NCBI GenBank assembly: GCA_041750285.1
Contig: JBGSZS010000013.1
Location: 1 to 64,000 of the forward strand
Length of the DNA stretch: 64,000 nucleotides
Reading direction: 5' to 3'
Source: Candidatus Fermentibacteraceae bacterium
GTDB taxonomy: Bacteria; Fermentibacterota; Fermentibacteria; Fermentibacterales; JCC-6
Shown here one piece after another: positions 37,852 to 47,181 of this stretch; positions within the stretch are counted from its first letter, which is position 1; every line of letters begins with the position of its first letter. The notes beneath the pieces are model-generated. The model was not told the origin of the DNA and ran no database searches. It saw only the letters and a program-made list of their open reading frames with translations. Made by a program: the position numbers and the translations under genes.

Positions 37852-40800
37852 CTACCTGTGTTTCACGATGACGAGGGTCCTGTCATCCGCCTGGGGCGCC
37901 TGGCTTCCGTGGTTCTGGACCTCTTCCAGAACCTTCCTGACGATCTGCGTGGAACCGAGGTCCATGTGGCGCATGACCGCGGCTATGAGCCCCTGCATGG
38001 TGAATTCATTGCCCCCGGGATCCATCGTTTCGGTTATCCCGTCGGTGTAGAGCACCAGAACGTCGCCCGCCTTCATCTCCAGCACGCCGTAGTCGTACCG
38101 GACATTGGGTTTGAAGCCCAGTATGAGCCCGCCTGTGTCGAGGACCACCGTCTCTCCGCCCCGCTTGACAAGAAGGGGCGGATTGTGCCCGGCATTGACG
38201 TAGGTGAGCCTGCCCGAGTCGATGTTGAGCACCCCGTAGAACAGCCCGATAAGCCCGGTTACCTGGGTTCCGGTGAGCATTGCGTTGTTCACCCTGTACA
38301 TGACCTCGCTTATGCTGAAAATGCTCTGGACGTTTGCCGAGAGGCTTCCCTTGAGACCCGCCATCGTGAGCGCCGCGGGAATGCCCTTGCCCGTCACGTC
38401 CGCCACGGCGAGCCCGAGGTTGTTCCCGGAAAGGGTGAAAAAGTCGTAGTAATCCCCCCCGACCTCCCGTGCAGGCCTGTAGTAAGAAGCAATGTCGTAC
38501 CCGTCAAGGCTCGGTGGACCCGCAGGCATCAGGTCGTACTGGATTCGCCTCGCGGTGCTGAGTTCCCCCGCAATGCCGCCCCCGTTGTCCAGCCGTCCGA
38601 GGAACAGGTCGGGCATCTTGGATCGCAGCGTGCTGCTGTTGGTTATATCGGGATGCCTTGTCACTATGCTCACTGCCGCGAGTCTCACGTCCTCCGCGGT
38701 ATCGGTCAGGAGGTCGGCAAGGTGTTCCTCGAGCGCGGGGCTGTCCACGCACCCCAGGCGCTCGACCGCCCAGAGGGCCTCGAGACGCACGGGAGCCGAA
38801 GAATCCCCAAGCGCCCTGGCTATGAGGGGCATCCGTTCCTGGGGAGTGAGGTTCACCGACCGGAAGAACCCCGAGAATGTCCTGAGCCTCACGAACGAGT
38901 CGGAATCGTCGATGAGCTTTTCGGCGATGCGGTACCGTCTGGTCTCTTCCCGGCCCCAGAACTCCCCTCCCGCCTCGCCCGCAGCTGCCCTGACGGACCT
39001 TTCCGGATCCCCTGAAAGCAGCTCGAGAAGGATCCCGGTCTCTTCAGTGCAGGTCCCGAGGAGCCGGGCCGCCGATGCGACCGCGGCACGCACGGTCGGG
39101 GACGTGTCCTCCGCCAGGGATCGAAGGGCGCCGCCTGCCTGGGGACCTAGGGAATCACGGTTCCAGAGAAGGAACCATGGCAGTTTCGCCCTGGCCTCGA
39201 CGCTTTTGCTCTCGAGCACCCTCTCGACCGCGCGCATCGAAACGTCGGCGATGTCGCTGCGTCCCGAGGAGAGAAGCCTGCTGAGCGCCTCACGCCCCCC
39301 GAAAGCCTCGTTGGAGAGGACCCTCACGATCACGGTGAGCTGGGCGTAGGGTTCGATGATCCTCAGGTATGGAAGGGCCATCTCGGCCATGGGACGGTCC
39401 CTCGGCATCTGCTCGGTGACTATCCTCCAGAGGGTGTGCCTCTCCTTGCGGTCCAGCCATTGGTAATTCATCAGCAGGTACTGGGCGACGCCCCTCCGGT
39501 CGGCATCGGGAATGTCGGCGATCATGGCCTCCCTGACCTCCCGCGAGAGGTATCTGATCCGCGAGCCCAGCTGGAACGCCACCAGCGACCTTCCGCCGGC
39601 CTTCAGCCTCTGGATGAGAAGCCAGAGGAGGTCTCCCACCTCTCCGGTAACTCCCTCGAGCTTCCTGTTGGTCAGTCCCTGGGCCAGGAACCTGAGGTCT
39701 TCGGGATTGCCCCCTTCGAGTGCGGCGTTGAGAACCTTCCGTTCCTGCGGGATCATGTCGGGAAACCTGCCGCCGATGTGAACCAGGACCTGGCGCATGA
39801 CCTCGCTCGACCCGTCTTCAAGAAGGGACAGGTAATACCCCCCGGGGTCGTCGCCGACCGACCATGTCTCCATGCCGTACATGAAGGACTGCCTTACGCC
39901 GGGGGACGGGTCGGACATGATCATTTGAAGTATGTCCAGCATCCGTTCGTCCCTGCGCACCCAGTACATGGCCAGGCTTCTCGCGAGGACCACTCTCAGG
40001 TTTTCGGCACCCGACTCGATGATGAAGCGGCAGAGCCCCAGCGCCTGGCTGTCAAAGCTTTTCCTGTCGAGCAGAAGGCTGTTGAAGAAGTCTCCCAGGT
40101 TGGCGGGCTCGGTCTCGCGCGATGCGGCGAACAGAAGGGCCGCCTTCATCTCGGCGGAAAGGTCGCTGTAATGGTTGACAAGGGCGAAGCCCGCACGCCT
40201 GAGGGCCGATTCGTGGCTCCCGAGAAGCGTGTTGAACACCGCCTTCACGACAGGCGAGCCTTCCCGGCTCAGCTCGCGGGCTCCCCGGTCCACCGCGGCC
40301 ATTATCGTGGTGTCACCGGCGCACAGGTGCATCTCGCCGCGGAGTTCGAGCCTTCTGAAGGGGGTGATCCCCCTGAACGCATCGGAATCGGTGTACATCG
40401 ATTCGAGCCTGGCAACTCCCGTGAAATCGCCGTTGAGAAGAAGGCTGAGTCTCTCCCACGCCTCCAGCACCGCCCTTTTGAAAACCGACTCGGGTACGAT
40501 GGGTTCGAACAGGGAAAGCAGTATCATGGAAGCCTTGCCGAAGGGGTCCATCTCCCAGAAGCGGGACAGAGCCCTCTCGCCCTCCCTGAGTCTCCACGAC
40601 CTTCTCTCGGCGGGTTTGGGAAGAATCAGGTGTTTTCCGTCGAAGAGGCTGAAGACGGCCTCCATCTTGGACGATGATGAGGCCACCACAAGCCTTCTCC
40701 GCTTGTCGGTTGCCCTTGCCATGGTCGTTATGAAAACGTGCCAGAGGTGTGCAGGATAGTCGCCCGCATACCTTCTCATGCTGTCCAGGTCGAAAAGGAT

Positions 40801-41463
40801 CGCGCAGTCTTCGGGGCCGCGCAGGAGGTGATCGACCTCCCTGGCGTTCACGTCACCCTCGACCAGTTCGATGGGGAGCATGCCGGCCTGGGCCGACCTG
40901 GCGATGAGTATCCTGCCGAGAGTGGTCTTGCCTGAACCGAGTGGTCCCGACAGACAGAGAAAACCGTTTTCCTGAAGGATGGATTCAGCCCTCGAAAGCA
41001 CCGCCGGGTCGAGGGTTTCCTCACGAAGGTCACCCCATCCAGCAAGGAGTTCACTTCCGGACGGGTAGGGAAGCTTGTCGCGCCTCACCGCAAAGACCCA
41101 CGCAGCAACGGGGCCCGACATGAGCTGCCTGACCTCGTCGACGGTATTGAAGCGCCAGAGCAACCCCTCCCCCTCGAGGCGGGACACGACCCTGTCGGAG
41201 GACTCGGTGGAGCCCGCGGCAATTGCAGCTATGGGCACCTTTCTCCGGTAGTGCGAGAAATAGCAGTAACGGAGGGGAGCGGACGGCTGCCCGTTCAATA
41301 CCATGAGTACGGCGTCAGGGGCGGCATCGTCGTGATGGACGACGATCGAGTCGGCCCATCGGGGGGGCTGCACGCGAGCGGCCTCGGATACCGCAACGCT
41401 GTCCGCGCCGGCGGGAAAGGGTGCCTTCTCGGTGATGACGAGCAGTCTGAAAACGCTGTTCAT
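37852..41463 (-). CDS. Multidomain STAND-like P-loop NTPase - HEAT repeats - SpoIIE/PP2C phosphatase
   Basis: SGPLGSGKTT; multiple VR..AA..L HEAT repeats; VGGDYYD, ADVTGKG, NAGHNPP, YTDGITE and DDRTL motifs. Confidence 0.85.
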   Translation of the reverse strand: MNSVFRLLVITEKAPFPAGADSVAVSEAARVQPPRWADSIVVHHDDAAPDAVLMVLNGQPSAPLRYCYFSHYRRKVPIAAIAAGSTESSDRVVSRLEGEGLLWRFNTVDEVRQLMSGPVAAWVFAVRRDKLPYPSGSELLAGWGDLREETLDPAVLSRAESILQENGFLCLSGPLGSGKTTLGRILIARSAQAGMLPIELVEGDVNAREVDHLLRGPEDCAILFDLDSMRRYAGDYPAHLWHVFITTMARATDKRRRLVVASSSSKMEAVFSLFDGKHLILPKPAERRSWRLREGERALSRFWEMDPFGKASMILLSLFEPIVPESVFKRAVLEAWERLSLLLNGDFTGVARLESMYTDSDAFRGITPFRRLELRGEMHLCAGDTTIMAAVDRGARELSREGSPVVKAVFNTLLGSHESALRRAGFALVNHYSDLSAEMKAALLFAASRETEPANLGDFFNSLLLDRKSFDSQALGLCRFIIESGAENLRVVLARSLAMYWVRRDERMLDILQMIMSDPSPGVRQSFMYGMETWSVGDDPGGYYLSLLEDGSSEVMRQVLVHIGGRFPDMIPQERKVLNAALEGGNPEDLRFLAQGLTNRKLEGVTGEVGDLLWLLIQRLKAGGRSLVAFQLGSRIRYLSREVREAMIADIPDADRRGVAQYLLMNYQWLDRKERHTLWRIVTEQMPRDRPMAEMALPYLRIIEPYAQLTVIVRVLSNEAFGGREALSRLLSSGRSDIADVSMRAVERVLESKSVEARAKLPWFLLWNRDSLGPQAGGALRSLAEDTSPTVRAAVASAARLLGTCTEETGILLELLSGDPERSVRAAAGEAGGEFWGREETRRYRIAEKLIDDSDSFVRLRTFSGFFRSVNLTPQERMPLIARALGDSSAPVRLEALWAVERLGCVDSPALEEHLADLLTDTAEDVRLAAVSIVTRHPDITNSSTLRSKMPDLFLGRLDNGGGIAGELSTARRIQYDLMPAGPPSLDGYDIASYYRPAREVGGDYYDFFTLSGNNLGLAVADVTGKGIPAALTMAGLKGSLSANVQSIFSISEVMYRVNNAMLTGTQVTGLIGLFYGVLNIDSGRLTYVNAGHNPPLLVKRGGETVVLDTGGLILGFKPNVRYDYGVLEMKAGDVLVLYTDGITETMDPGGNEFTMQGLIAAVMRHMDLGSTQIVRKVLEEVQNHGSQAPQADDRTLVIVKHR

Positions 41464-41470
41464 GCGGTGG

Positions 41471-41887
41471 TCAGGTGAGGGGCCAGATGAGGGTTGCCCT
41501 GGTTTTCCCTTCCGGAGTGAGGTCGAACTCCACCCACTTGGCAAGGTTCCTGGCTATCAGGATACCCCTGCCCCTGTCGTCCAGAAGCTCGTTGCCCTCA
41601 CCGGGCCTGTGGCCGAGGTCACGGTCGGGTTGCCAGCTTCCCGTGTCCTCGATCTGGAAGCTGACCCTCCCCGGCAGTACATCCACCGTGACGGTCAGGG
41701 GTTTCGCCGGATTCATCCGATTGCCGTGCTTCATGCCGTTTCTCACAAGCTCCATGACGGCGATCGACAGGCTGGTCAGCTCATCGGGCAGCACCCCCCC
41801 CGCCATGCCCACACTCTCCACGAAGACCTGAACGGTTTCCAGCATCCGTTCGTCGCTGGGGACCGACAGGCGTATTCCCTTGAGCAC
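41471..41887 (-). CDS. RsbW/SpoIIAB-like anti-sigma factor kinase
   Basis: AVMELVRNGMKHGN, IEDTG, RGRGILI. Confidence 0.9.
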   Translation of the reverse strand: MLKGIRLSVPSDERMLETVQVFVESVGMAGGVLPDELTSLSIAVMELVRNGMKHGNRMNPAKPLTVTVDVLPGRVSFQIEDTGSWQPDRDLGHRPGEGNELLDDRGRGILIARNLAKWVEFDLTPEGKTRATLIWPLT

Positions 41888-41888
41888 C

Positions 41889-42230
41889 TCAGCCCTCCAG
41901 GGCCGCTAGGGCCTCGGTCTCGTCGTTGAACGTATCGAACACGGTGATGAGCTTGGTGATGATGAAAAGCTCATGGATCTTCTTGGTGGCGTTGAGTATG
42001 ACCATCCGGCCGCCCGCCCTGGACACCGTGGTGTGGCCGCTGACGAGCACACCGAGCCCCGAGCTGTCCATCCACGAAACACTTCCCAGGTCAACCAGGA
42101 TCCTTCTGAAATCGTTGTTCACTGCGCTTTCAAAAGCGGTCTTGACTTCCATGAGGTCGGGTCCGCTGATCACCTTGCCGCTTAGCCTGATTACCTTGGC
42201 TGTTCCCTTGTTTTCCTCGGATATCTTCAT
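41889..42230 (-). CDS. STAS anti-sigma factor antagonist
   Basis: VDLGSVSWMDSSGLGVL. Confidence 0.95.
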   Translation of the reverse strand: MKISEENKGTAKVIRLSGKVISGPDLMEVKTAFESAVNNDFRRILVDLGSVSWMDSSGLGVLVSGHTTVSRAGGRMVILNATKKIHELFIITKLITVFDTFNDETEALAALEG

Positions 42231-42283
42231 GTCATCCCTCCGGGTTATGTTTTGAAACCGCTGTTACCGAACCCTGACTGCTT

Positions 42284-42312
42284 AGCATAGGAAAACCCCG
42301 GCCTTGGTGCAA
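42284..42312 (-). promoter_or_regulatory. Sigma70-type promoter of the STAS operon
   Basis: TTGCAC-N17-TATGCT. Confidence 0.55.
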
Positions 42313-42329
42313 GAAGGGGAAGGCCCGTC

Positions 42330-43334
42330 TCAGGCGCATACGACGAAATCAAGCCCCTCAACCATTCCCCTGTCCGCAAGGAAGTTGCGTATCCTGTCCC
42401 GGGCGCCCGGCCCGCGCGAGGCCGCCACCAGGGGAAGGCCCGCATAATCGCCGATCCTCTGCGAGTCGACCACGGGTATGCCCCTCAGTGTGCTTCCGTC
42501 CTGCCCGGGATCGGAGCAGAGGAAAGCCTCGATCCGGAAACCCCCGGCGATCATCCACCTTGAAAGCCGTCTCGCGGTCTGGCCGCTTCCCGCAAAGACT
42601 ACCCTCCTTTCCCTGAGCATGGGCAGCATGGAAAGGTACATCGCCTTCGTCCTGTAGAAGGAACTCAGTGAATAGCAGGAAGACCTCCTGCTGAAACGGT
42701 CCGGTCTCTCCCTCCAGCCCAGGAGCACTCTGGGAACCTTTTCGAAACGGAAGCCCAGGGACCACAACCGAAGCCACAGCTCGTAGTCCTCGGGAAGGCC
42801 GAGATCACGGTAGCCTCCCGCCTCGATTACCGCTTTCCTGTTGAAAAAGGCCGAAGGGTGCGCAAGAGGGCTCTCAATGAAGATGTCACGGCAGATGAGG
42901 TCGTGGGTGACGAGGCCGTTCTGCCAGCTCTCGTAGCGGCGGTAGCCGGCCGAGACAGCCTTTTCGGGAAAGCACCTCACCCTGCATGACACGACGCTTC
43001 GCGGGCCAAGGGTCCGAGCCATGGAAAGCTGCAGCGAAAGCCTCTCAGGATGGCAGAGGTCATCCGCATCCAGACGGGCCACCCACTCCCCGCGGGCGGC
43101 ATCGAGCCCGGTGTTCAGAGCGCTGACGAGCCCTGCACCCGCGGATTCTACCGGCCTGAACCTGTCGTCGCCCCTGCAGCACTCGTGGACGATACGCGGG
43201 GAGTCATCGGTCGAGCCGTCGTTTACCAGAACGACCTCGAAACCCTCGAGTGTCTGCCTTTTCAGAGATTTCAGGGCATCTGGAAGCCATCTGGCTTCGT
43301 TCTTGTAGGGAAGCACGACCGAGACCGGCATCAC
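42330..43334 (-). CDS. Glycosyltransferase family 2
   Basis: VSVVLP, VNDGSTD, RLDADD, EDYELWLR. Confidence 0.92.
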   Translation of the reverse strand: MMPVSVVLPYKNEARWLPDALKSLKRQTLEGFEVVLVNDGSTDDSPRIVHECCRGDDRFRPVESAGAGLVSALNTGLDAARGEWVARLDADDLCHPERLSLQLSMARTLGPRSVVSCRVRCFPEKAVSAGYRRYESWQNGLVTHDLICRDIFIESPLAHPSAFFNRKAVIEAGGYRDLGLPEDYELWLRLWSLGFRFEKVPRVLLGWRERPDRFSRRSSCYSLSSFYRTKAMYLSMLPMLRERRVVFAGSGQTARRLSRWMIAGGFRIEAFLCSDPGQDGSTLRGIPVVDSQRIGDYAGLPLVAASRGPGARDRIRNFLADRGMVEGLDFVVCA

Positions 43335-44113
43335 TCGGGGCCGAATGTGGCGAGCACCTGGTCGGCTGAGAACATGGGGGTGTAACAGGCCAGTCCACGG
43401 CAGGCCTGGGCGTAGGGCCGGTCAAGCGCCGGAAGCATGTTCCCTTCGATGATACCCGCCCCCTCGGGGGTGCTCGGATCCACCAGATCGACATTCTCCC
43501 GACCCGCAAGCGACACTGCCGTCTCGTGGAGCTGAACCGTGACGGAGTCGGAGGGATCGCCCACGACGTAGAAGTGGAGGGCTTCTTCCGAACCGGTTGT
43601 TTCCGGCTCTTCGACTTGCCCCCCTATGGCCTCCCTGAAGCGGGCGGCGGTCGCGGCCCCCACGATCCGTGCTGTCTCGCGGCCTTCAACAAGGACTATG
43701 GTCACGGGCAGGACCGATGGGATGTCGAACCTTTCCCGAATGGAATCTGCCTCGGAAGGGGTGAGCCAGACCACCGGCATCGCGATGGAAACCGATTCCC
43801 TGAACGACACAAGGGTGGAGAGGTCCGGGTCGCCCACTGAAACGGCGGCGAACACCGCATCCCCGGCCATCTCGCTGTAAAGGCCGTCCAGCACGGGCAG
43901 CTCGTGAACGCACGGGCTGCACCAGGTGGCCCAGAAGTTCAGAAGAACGGGACGTGTGCCGGCCGCGTCGATCAGGCTGTCGAGCGAACCCGTTCCAGTG
44001 AGCAGGACGCCCTGCTCACCGAAGACGGTTCGGGTAAGGTGCGTCGCCGCCCTGAACGCGGGAAACAGAAGAACCAGCAGGACGGGGATCCACCAGGGGA
44101 ATCTACGGCCCAT
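43331..44113 (-). CDS. TlpA-family thiol:disulfide oxidoreductase with extra C-terminal domain
   Basis: LLNFWATWCSPC..ELP; N-terminal TM segment. Confidence 0.88.
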   Translation of the reverse strand: MGRRFPWWIPVLLVLLFPAFRAATHLTRTVFGEQGVLLTGTGSLDSLIDAAGTRPVLLNFWATWCSPCVHELPVLDGLYSEMAGDAVFAAVSVGDPDLSTLVSFRESVSIAMPVVWLTPSEADSIRERFDIPSVLPVTIVLVEGRETARIVGAATAARFREAIGGQVEEPETTGSEEALHFYVVGDPSDSVTVQLHETAVSLAGRENVDLVDPSTPEGAGIIEGNMLPALDRPYAQACRGLACYTPMFSADQVLATFGPE

Positions 44114-44954
44114 GACTGATGGCCTTCACCGGGCACTCCCCCACGCACTTCATGCAGCGGATGCACTCGGGCGACGAGGGAGCCCTCCAGATAGCTATTC
44201 CCATGGGACAGACCGATTCACACCTGCCGCAGCGCACGCAGGCGTCCGATACCCGCATCCGGACCACCGAAACCTTTCCCAAAAGCCCCCAGGCGGCTCC
44301 AAGCGGGCACAGGTATCTGCAGAACGGTCTCTCCACGGAAGCCGCAAGAAGGATGACGGCAACGGCCAGGGAGCTCTTCCAGAAGAAAAGGAAGCCTGTC
44401 CGGTAAAGCCCTGCGTGATCCATCGAAACAAGGGGCCAACCGGCCAGGGCAGTGCCCGCGGGACAGACCGCCTTGCAGAACCATGGGTCACCGGGAGCAG
44501 CGGGAGAACCCCTGAGAAAAAGCGGCAGCAGGAGGACGAACATTAAGAGCATGGCGAACTTGAGCGGGCGGAACCCCTCTGGCACCCTGATCCGGGGAAT
44601 TGGCAGCCCGTTCAGGAGTTCCTGCACCAGACCGAAGGGGCAGACCCAGCCGCACGCGAGCCTTCCCGATGAAAGCCCCACGGCTGCGATGAACCCGAAC
44701 GGGGCCAGCAGGGCAAGGGCTTCCGGCCTGCCCGTGGAAAGTGCGCCCAGGATCATGGGCGAGGCCAGAATGGCCTGAAGGGAACCGGCCGGACAGGCGA
44801 GAACCGACGAAGGCGTACTGTAACACCACAGACCCGGTATGGGGAACATCTTGGAGATGCCCGTGAAGATGCCGCCCGTCACCCAGCCCGAAAGATGGAG
44901 GTTCGTGCCCAGAAGGGCCGTGAACTGGACTGCTTTCCGGACTGGAGAGCGCAT
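44103..44954 (-). CDS. Membrane 4Fe-4S binding protein (NapH/MauN-like)
   Basis: CGWVCPFG, CKAVCPAG, CRYLCPLG, CVRCGRCESVCP, CIRCMKCVGECP. Confidence 0.9.
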   Translation of the reverse strand: MRSPVRKAVQFTALLGTNLHLSGWVTGGIFTGISKMFPIPGLWCYSTPSSVLACPAGSLQAILASPMILGALSTGRPEALALLAPFGFIAAVGLSSGRLACGWVCPFGLVQELLNGLPIPRIRVPEGFRPLKFAMLLMFVLLLPLFLRGSPAAPGDPWFCKAVCPAGTALAGWPLVSMDHAGLYRTGFLFFWKSSLAVAVILLAASVERPFCRYLCPLGAAWGLLGKVSVVRMRVSDACVRCGRCESVCPMGIAIWRAPSSPECIRCMKCVGECPVKAISHGP

Positions 44955-45082
44955 CAGCCTATGCCTATGCATTCAAGGCAGACGTTTGCCGCCTTGTAAA
45001 GGATTACCAGAGGATCACCGAGCAGGTAACCGGCGGCTGTCAGAACTAGCGCCAGCAGGAGAAGGGCTGTTCTGAGTGAAAT
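44954..45082 (-). CDS. CD1871A-family small CXXC membrane protein (start unresolved)
   Basis: ..GDPLVILYKAANVCLECIGIG C-terminus; TGATG coupling to the 4Fe-4S gene; no ATG/GTG/TTG downstream of tRNA-Cys. Confidence 0.75.
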   Translation of the reverse strand: MSLRTALLLLALVLTAAGYLLGDPLVILYKAANVCLECIGIG

Positions 45083-45156
45083 GGAGGCGGCGACCAGATT
45101 TGAACTGGTGAATGGCGGATTTGCAGTCCACTGCCTTCCCACTTGGCTACGCCGCC
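45082..45156 (-). tRNA. tRNA-Cys(GCA)
   Basis: GGCGGCGTAGCCAAGTGG..GTGGA-CTGCAAA-TCCGC..GCCGCCTCCA. Confidence 0.95.
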
Positions 45157-45160
45157 TCTC

Positions 45161-45169
45161 AGTGGAGCG
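45161..45169 (-). repeat. 9-bp copy of the tRNA-Gly 3' end (candidate att/duplication scar)
   Basis: AGTGGAGCG occurs at 45161-45169 and 47041-47049. Confidence 0.55.
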
Positions 45170-45180
45170 CTGCAAAGATA

Positions 45181-45822
45181 CTATGGCTTGTCTCCGCTTG
45201 TCCAGTCGAGGCCCACCCAGAAGCCTTCTTCCCACACCATGGAACCGAAGGGAGACTGAACCTCGGGAACGACGAACATGCTGACCCTCCCCAGATGGTC
45301 GGAATCGCGTACGTCTCCCGAGACTCCCCCGATGGCCAGGATGAGGTCGATGACCTCGTACGGGCCGAGCACCTCGAGCAGCTCGAAGGCGTCAAACCCC
45401 AGACCGAGGTCAAGCACCACGATCTCACCGGTCTCGGGAACGCCGAATTCACCAGTGAACAGGCCCGTGGCGACCTGGGTCCTGCTGACATCCGGACCTG
45501 CGTCGGTGTCGAGGTAGACGTCGTAGTCAAGGCTTGCAAGCGTCAGTGGAACAGCCGTTATCCATTGATATGAGATGTTGGGGTTTTTGACTCCCAGTCC
45601 CACCGTCATGTCTACCGGGCACTGTCCCTGAAGCCAGTACGAAAGAACCGTGGCGGCCTGTTCAAGGCTGAGGATTTCCAGTTCATCCACGGGTATTCCG
45701 CAGATGGTGACGGACTGGGTGTTCTCCACCCTGAACCTCGCCCACAGAAGGGCCATGGGGCCTGTGGAATCGCACCCCGAGGCAAGAAGGACAAGGATGG
45801 CCGGAAAAAGCAGGTATTTCAT
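45181..45822 (-). CDS. Lipoprotein, hypothetical (possible LEA_2-like fold)
   Basis: Lipobox ASGC; GAGGAGG SD; VKNPN..LDYDVYL. Confidence 0.75.
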   Translation of the reverse strand: MKYLLFPAILVLLASGCDSTGPMALLWARFRVENTQSVTICGIPVDELEILSLEQAATVLSYWLQGQCPVDMTVGLGVKNPNISYQWITAVPLTLASLDYDVYLDTDAGPDVSRTQVATGLFTGEFGVPETGEIVVLDLGLGFDAFELLEVLGPYEVIDLILAIGGVSGDVRDSDHLGRVSMFVVPEVQSPFGSMVWEEGFWVGLDWTSGDKP

Positions 45823-45831
45823 GGATCCTCC

Positions 45832-46299
45832 TCAATCCCCGTTTCCGAACAGAACATCATGAAGCTCCGGGGAAACATACACCGCCAGGGCCTCGGATGG
45901 ATCATCCATCAGTCTCCAGAACACCTGGGAGACAGTATCCGTCATGAAGGGACGCTCACCTTCCACTGCAACTATCTCGCCATTGAACGGAAACACCACC
46001 ACGGGATTCCCGGGGGAGGGGCAGGTTCCGAACCCCCATTCCCCATCGCTGTACTCCGTGTACACCAGGTTCCGTTCCCGGAGTTCCAGGTCCATCCCTC
46101 CGTTCACGAGGCTCCACGAGCCGGTGGCGCCCATGATGCAGCTCAGACCTGGTTGAACATGGTAGAAGTAGGCTCCGTCGGGGAAAAGGAACAACGCCTC
46201 CCCCACACCAGCCGGTATGCAATCGACCGAGTGCCAGAACCCGACCATGTCCCCGTCTGAAACCGCTGACGCGAGAAGCAGGATGAGAGGAAAGCTCAT
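45832..46299 (-). CDS. Hypothetical exported protein
   Basis: Short signal peptide; VGFW..LFLFPDGAY..GSW lipocalin-like pattern. Confidence 0.65.
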   Translation of the reverse strand: MSFPLILLLASAVSDGDMVGFWHSVDCIPAGVGEALFLFPDGAYFYHVQPGLSCIMGATGSWSLVNGGMDLELRERNLVYTEYSDGEWGFGTCPSPGNPVVVFPFNGEIVAVEGERPFMTDTVSQVFWRLMDDPSEALAVYVSPELHDVLFGNGD

Positions 46300-46988
46300 C
46301 AGATCATCCCCGCCCTGACCCGCCCGGCCATAACAGAGTTTCCGGCTTCCTCGAGCGCTGAGGCATATGCCTCAAGGGCCGCATTGTAGTCCTTCCTCGA
46401 GATGCACCCCGAGGGGATGTCCTCTCCTGGATCAAGCATCTCGTGGGCCTGTCTGCCCAGAAGAACGAGTGAAGCCTGGTCGACGGCCTCGAAGCACTCC
46501 ACCCCTCCGCCAGCCCTCGCGCACCTGAACGCCGCCTCCAGGAAGTGAAGGCAAAGCTGCCTGCCGTTTGGCATGGACTGCGGGTACATGATCATCTCCA
46601 CCGTTGAGGATGCCTCGGCAAGCCTTCCCTGGGAAAGCAGGTCCATCACACGTTCGTAATCCGCCGTGTACGGATCCTCAACCCCGCTTTCCAGAAGGGT
46701 CAGCGTTCCCCCGGAGAGAAGGTATGTGGAACTCGAGTATACCGCCGTGTAGGGAGCCTGTGATGCCACCTCGATGGTGGATCCGGCAGGTTTGAAGACA
46801 GCGTCGGTCTTTGCCGGATTGAACAGACCGGGAAATGGTGCGAACCCCGTCACCGCGGTCTCTCCGTCCAATGACAGTGCAACGACCGCCGACCCGTCGG
46901 ACAGCAGATCGTAGACGAGCCAGGCGTCGCCGTCGTATTCGTAGACCGGAATGAATCCTGAGTAGGCGGCAAGTATGAGAAGCAGCAT
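46299..46988 (-). CDS. Hypothetical exported protein
   Basis: GGAGG SD + ATG at 46988; hydrophobic N-terminus. Confidence 0.65.
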   Translation of the reverse strand: MLLLILAAYSGFIPVYEYDGDAWLVYDLLSDGSAVVALSLDGETAVTGFAPFPGLFNPAKTDAVFKPAGSTIEVASQAPYTAVYSSSTYLLSGGTLTLLESGVEDPYTADYERVMDLLSQGRLAEASSTVEMIMYPQSMPNGRQLCLHFLEAAFRCARAGGGVECFEAVDQASLVLLGRQAHEMLDPGEDIPSGCISRKDYNAALEAYASALEEAGNSVMAGRVRAGMI

Positions 46989-47042
46989 TAAAAAACCTCC
47001 CGGGTTGATCCGGAAGGAAGATAACTGAACCATGAAAAAAAG

Positions 47043-47118
<76 letters not shown>

Positions 47119-47181
47119 TCCGAAATCACGGGGGGTTATATGGTCACGCCTTCCCGAACTGTCAAGGCCGTTCTGAATGCA

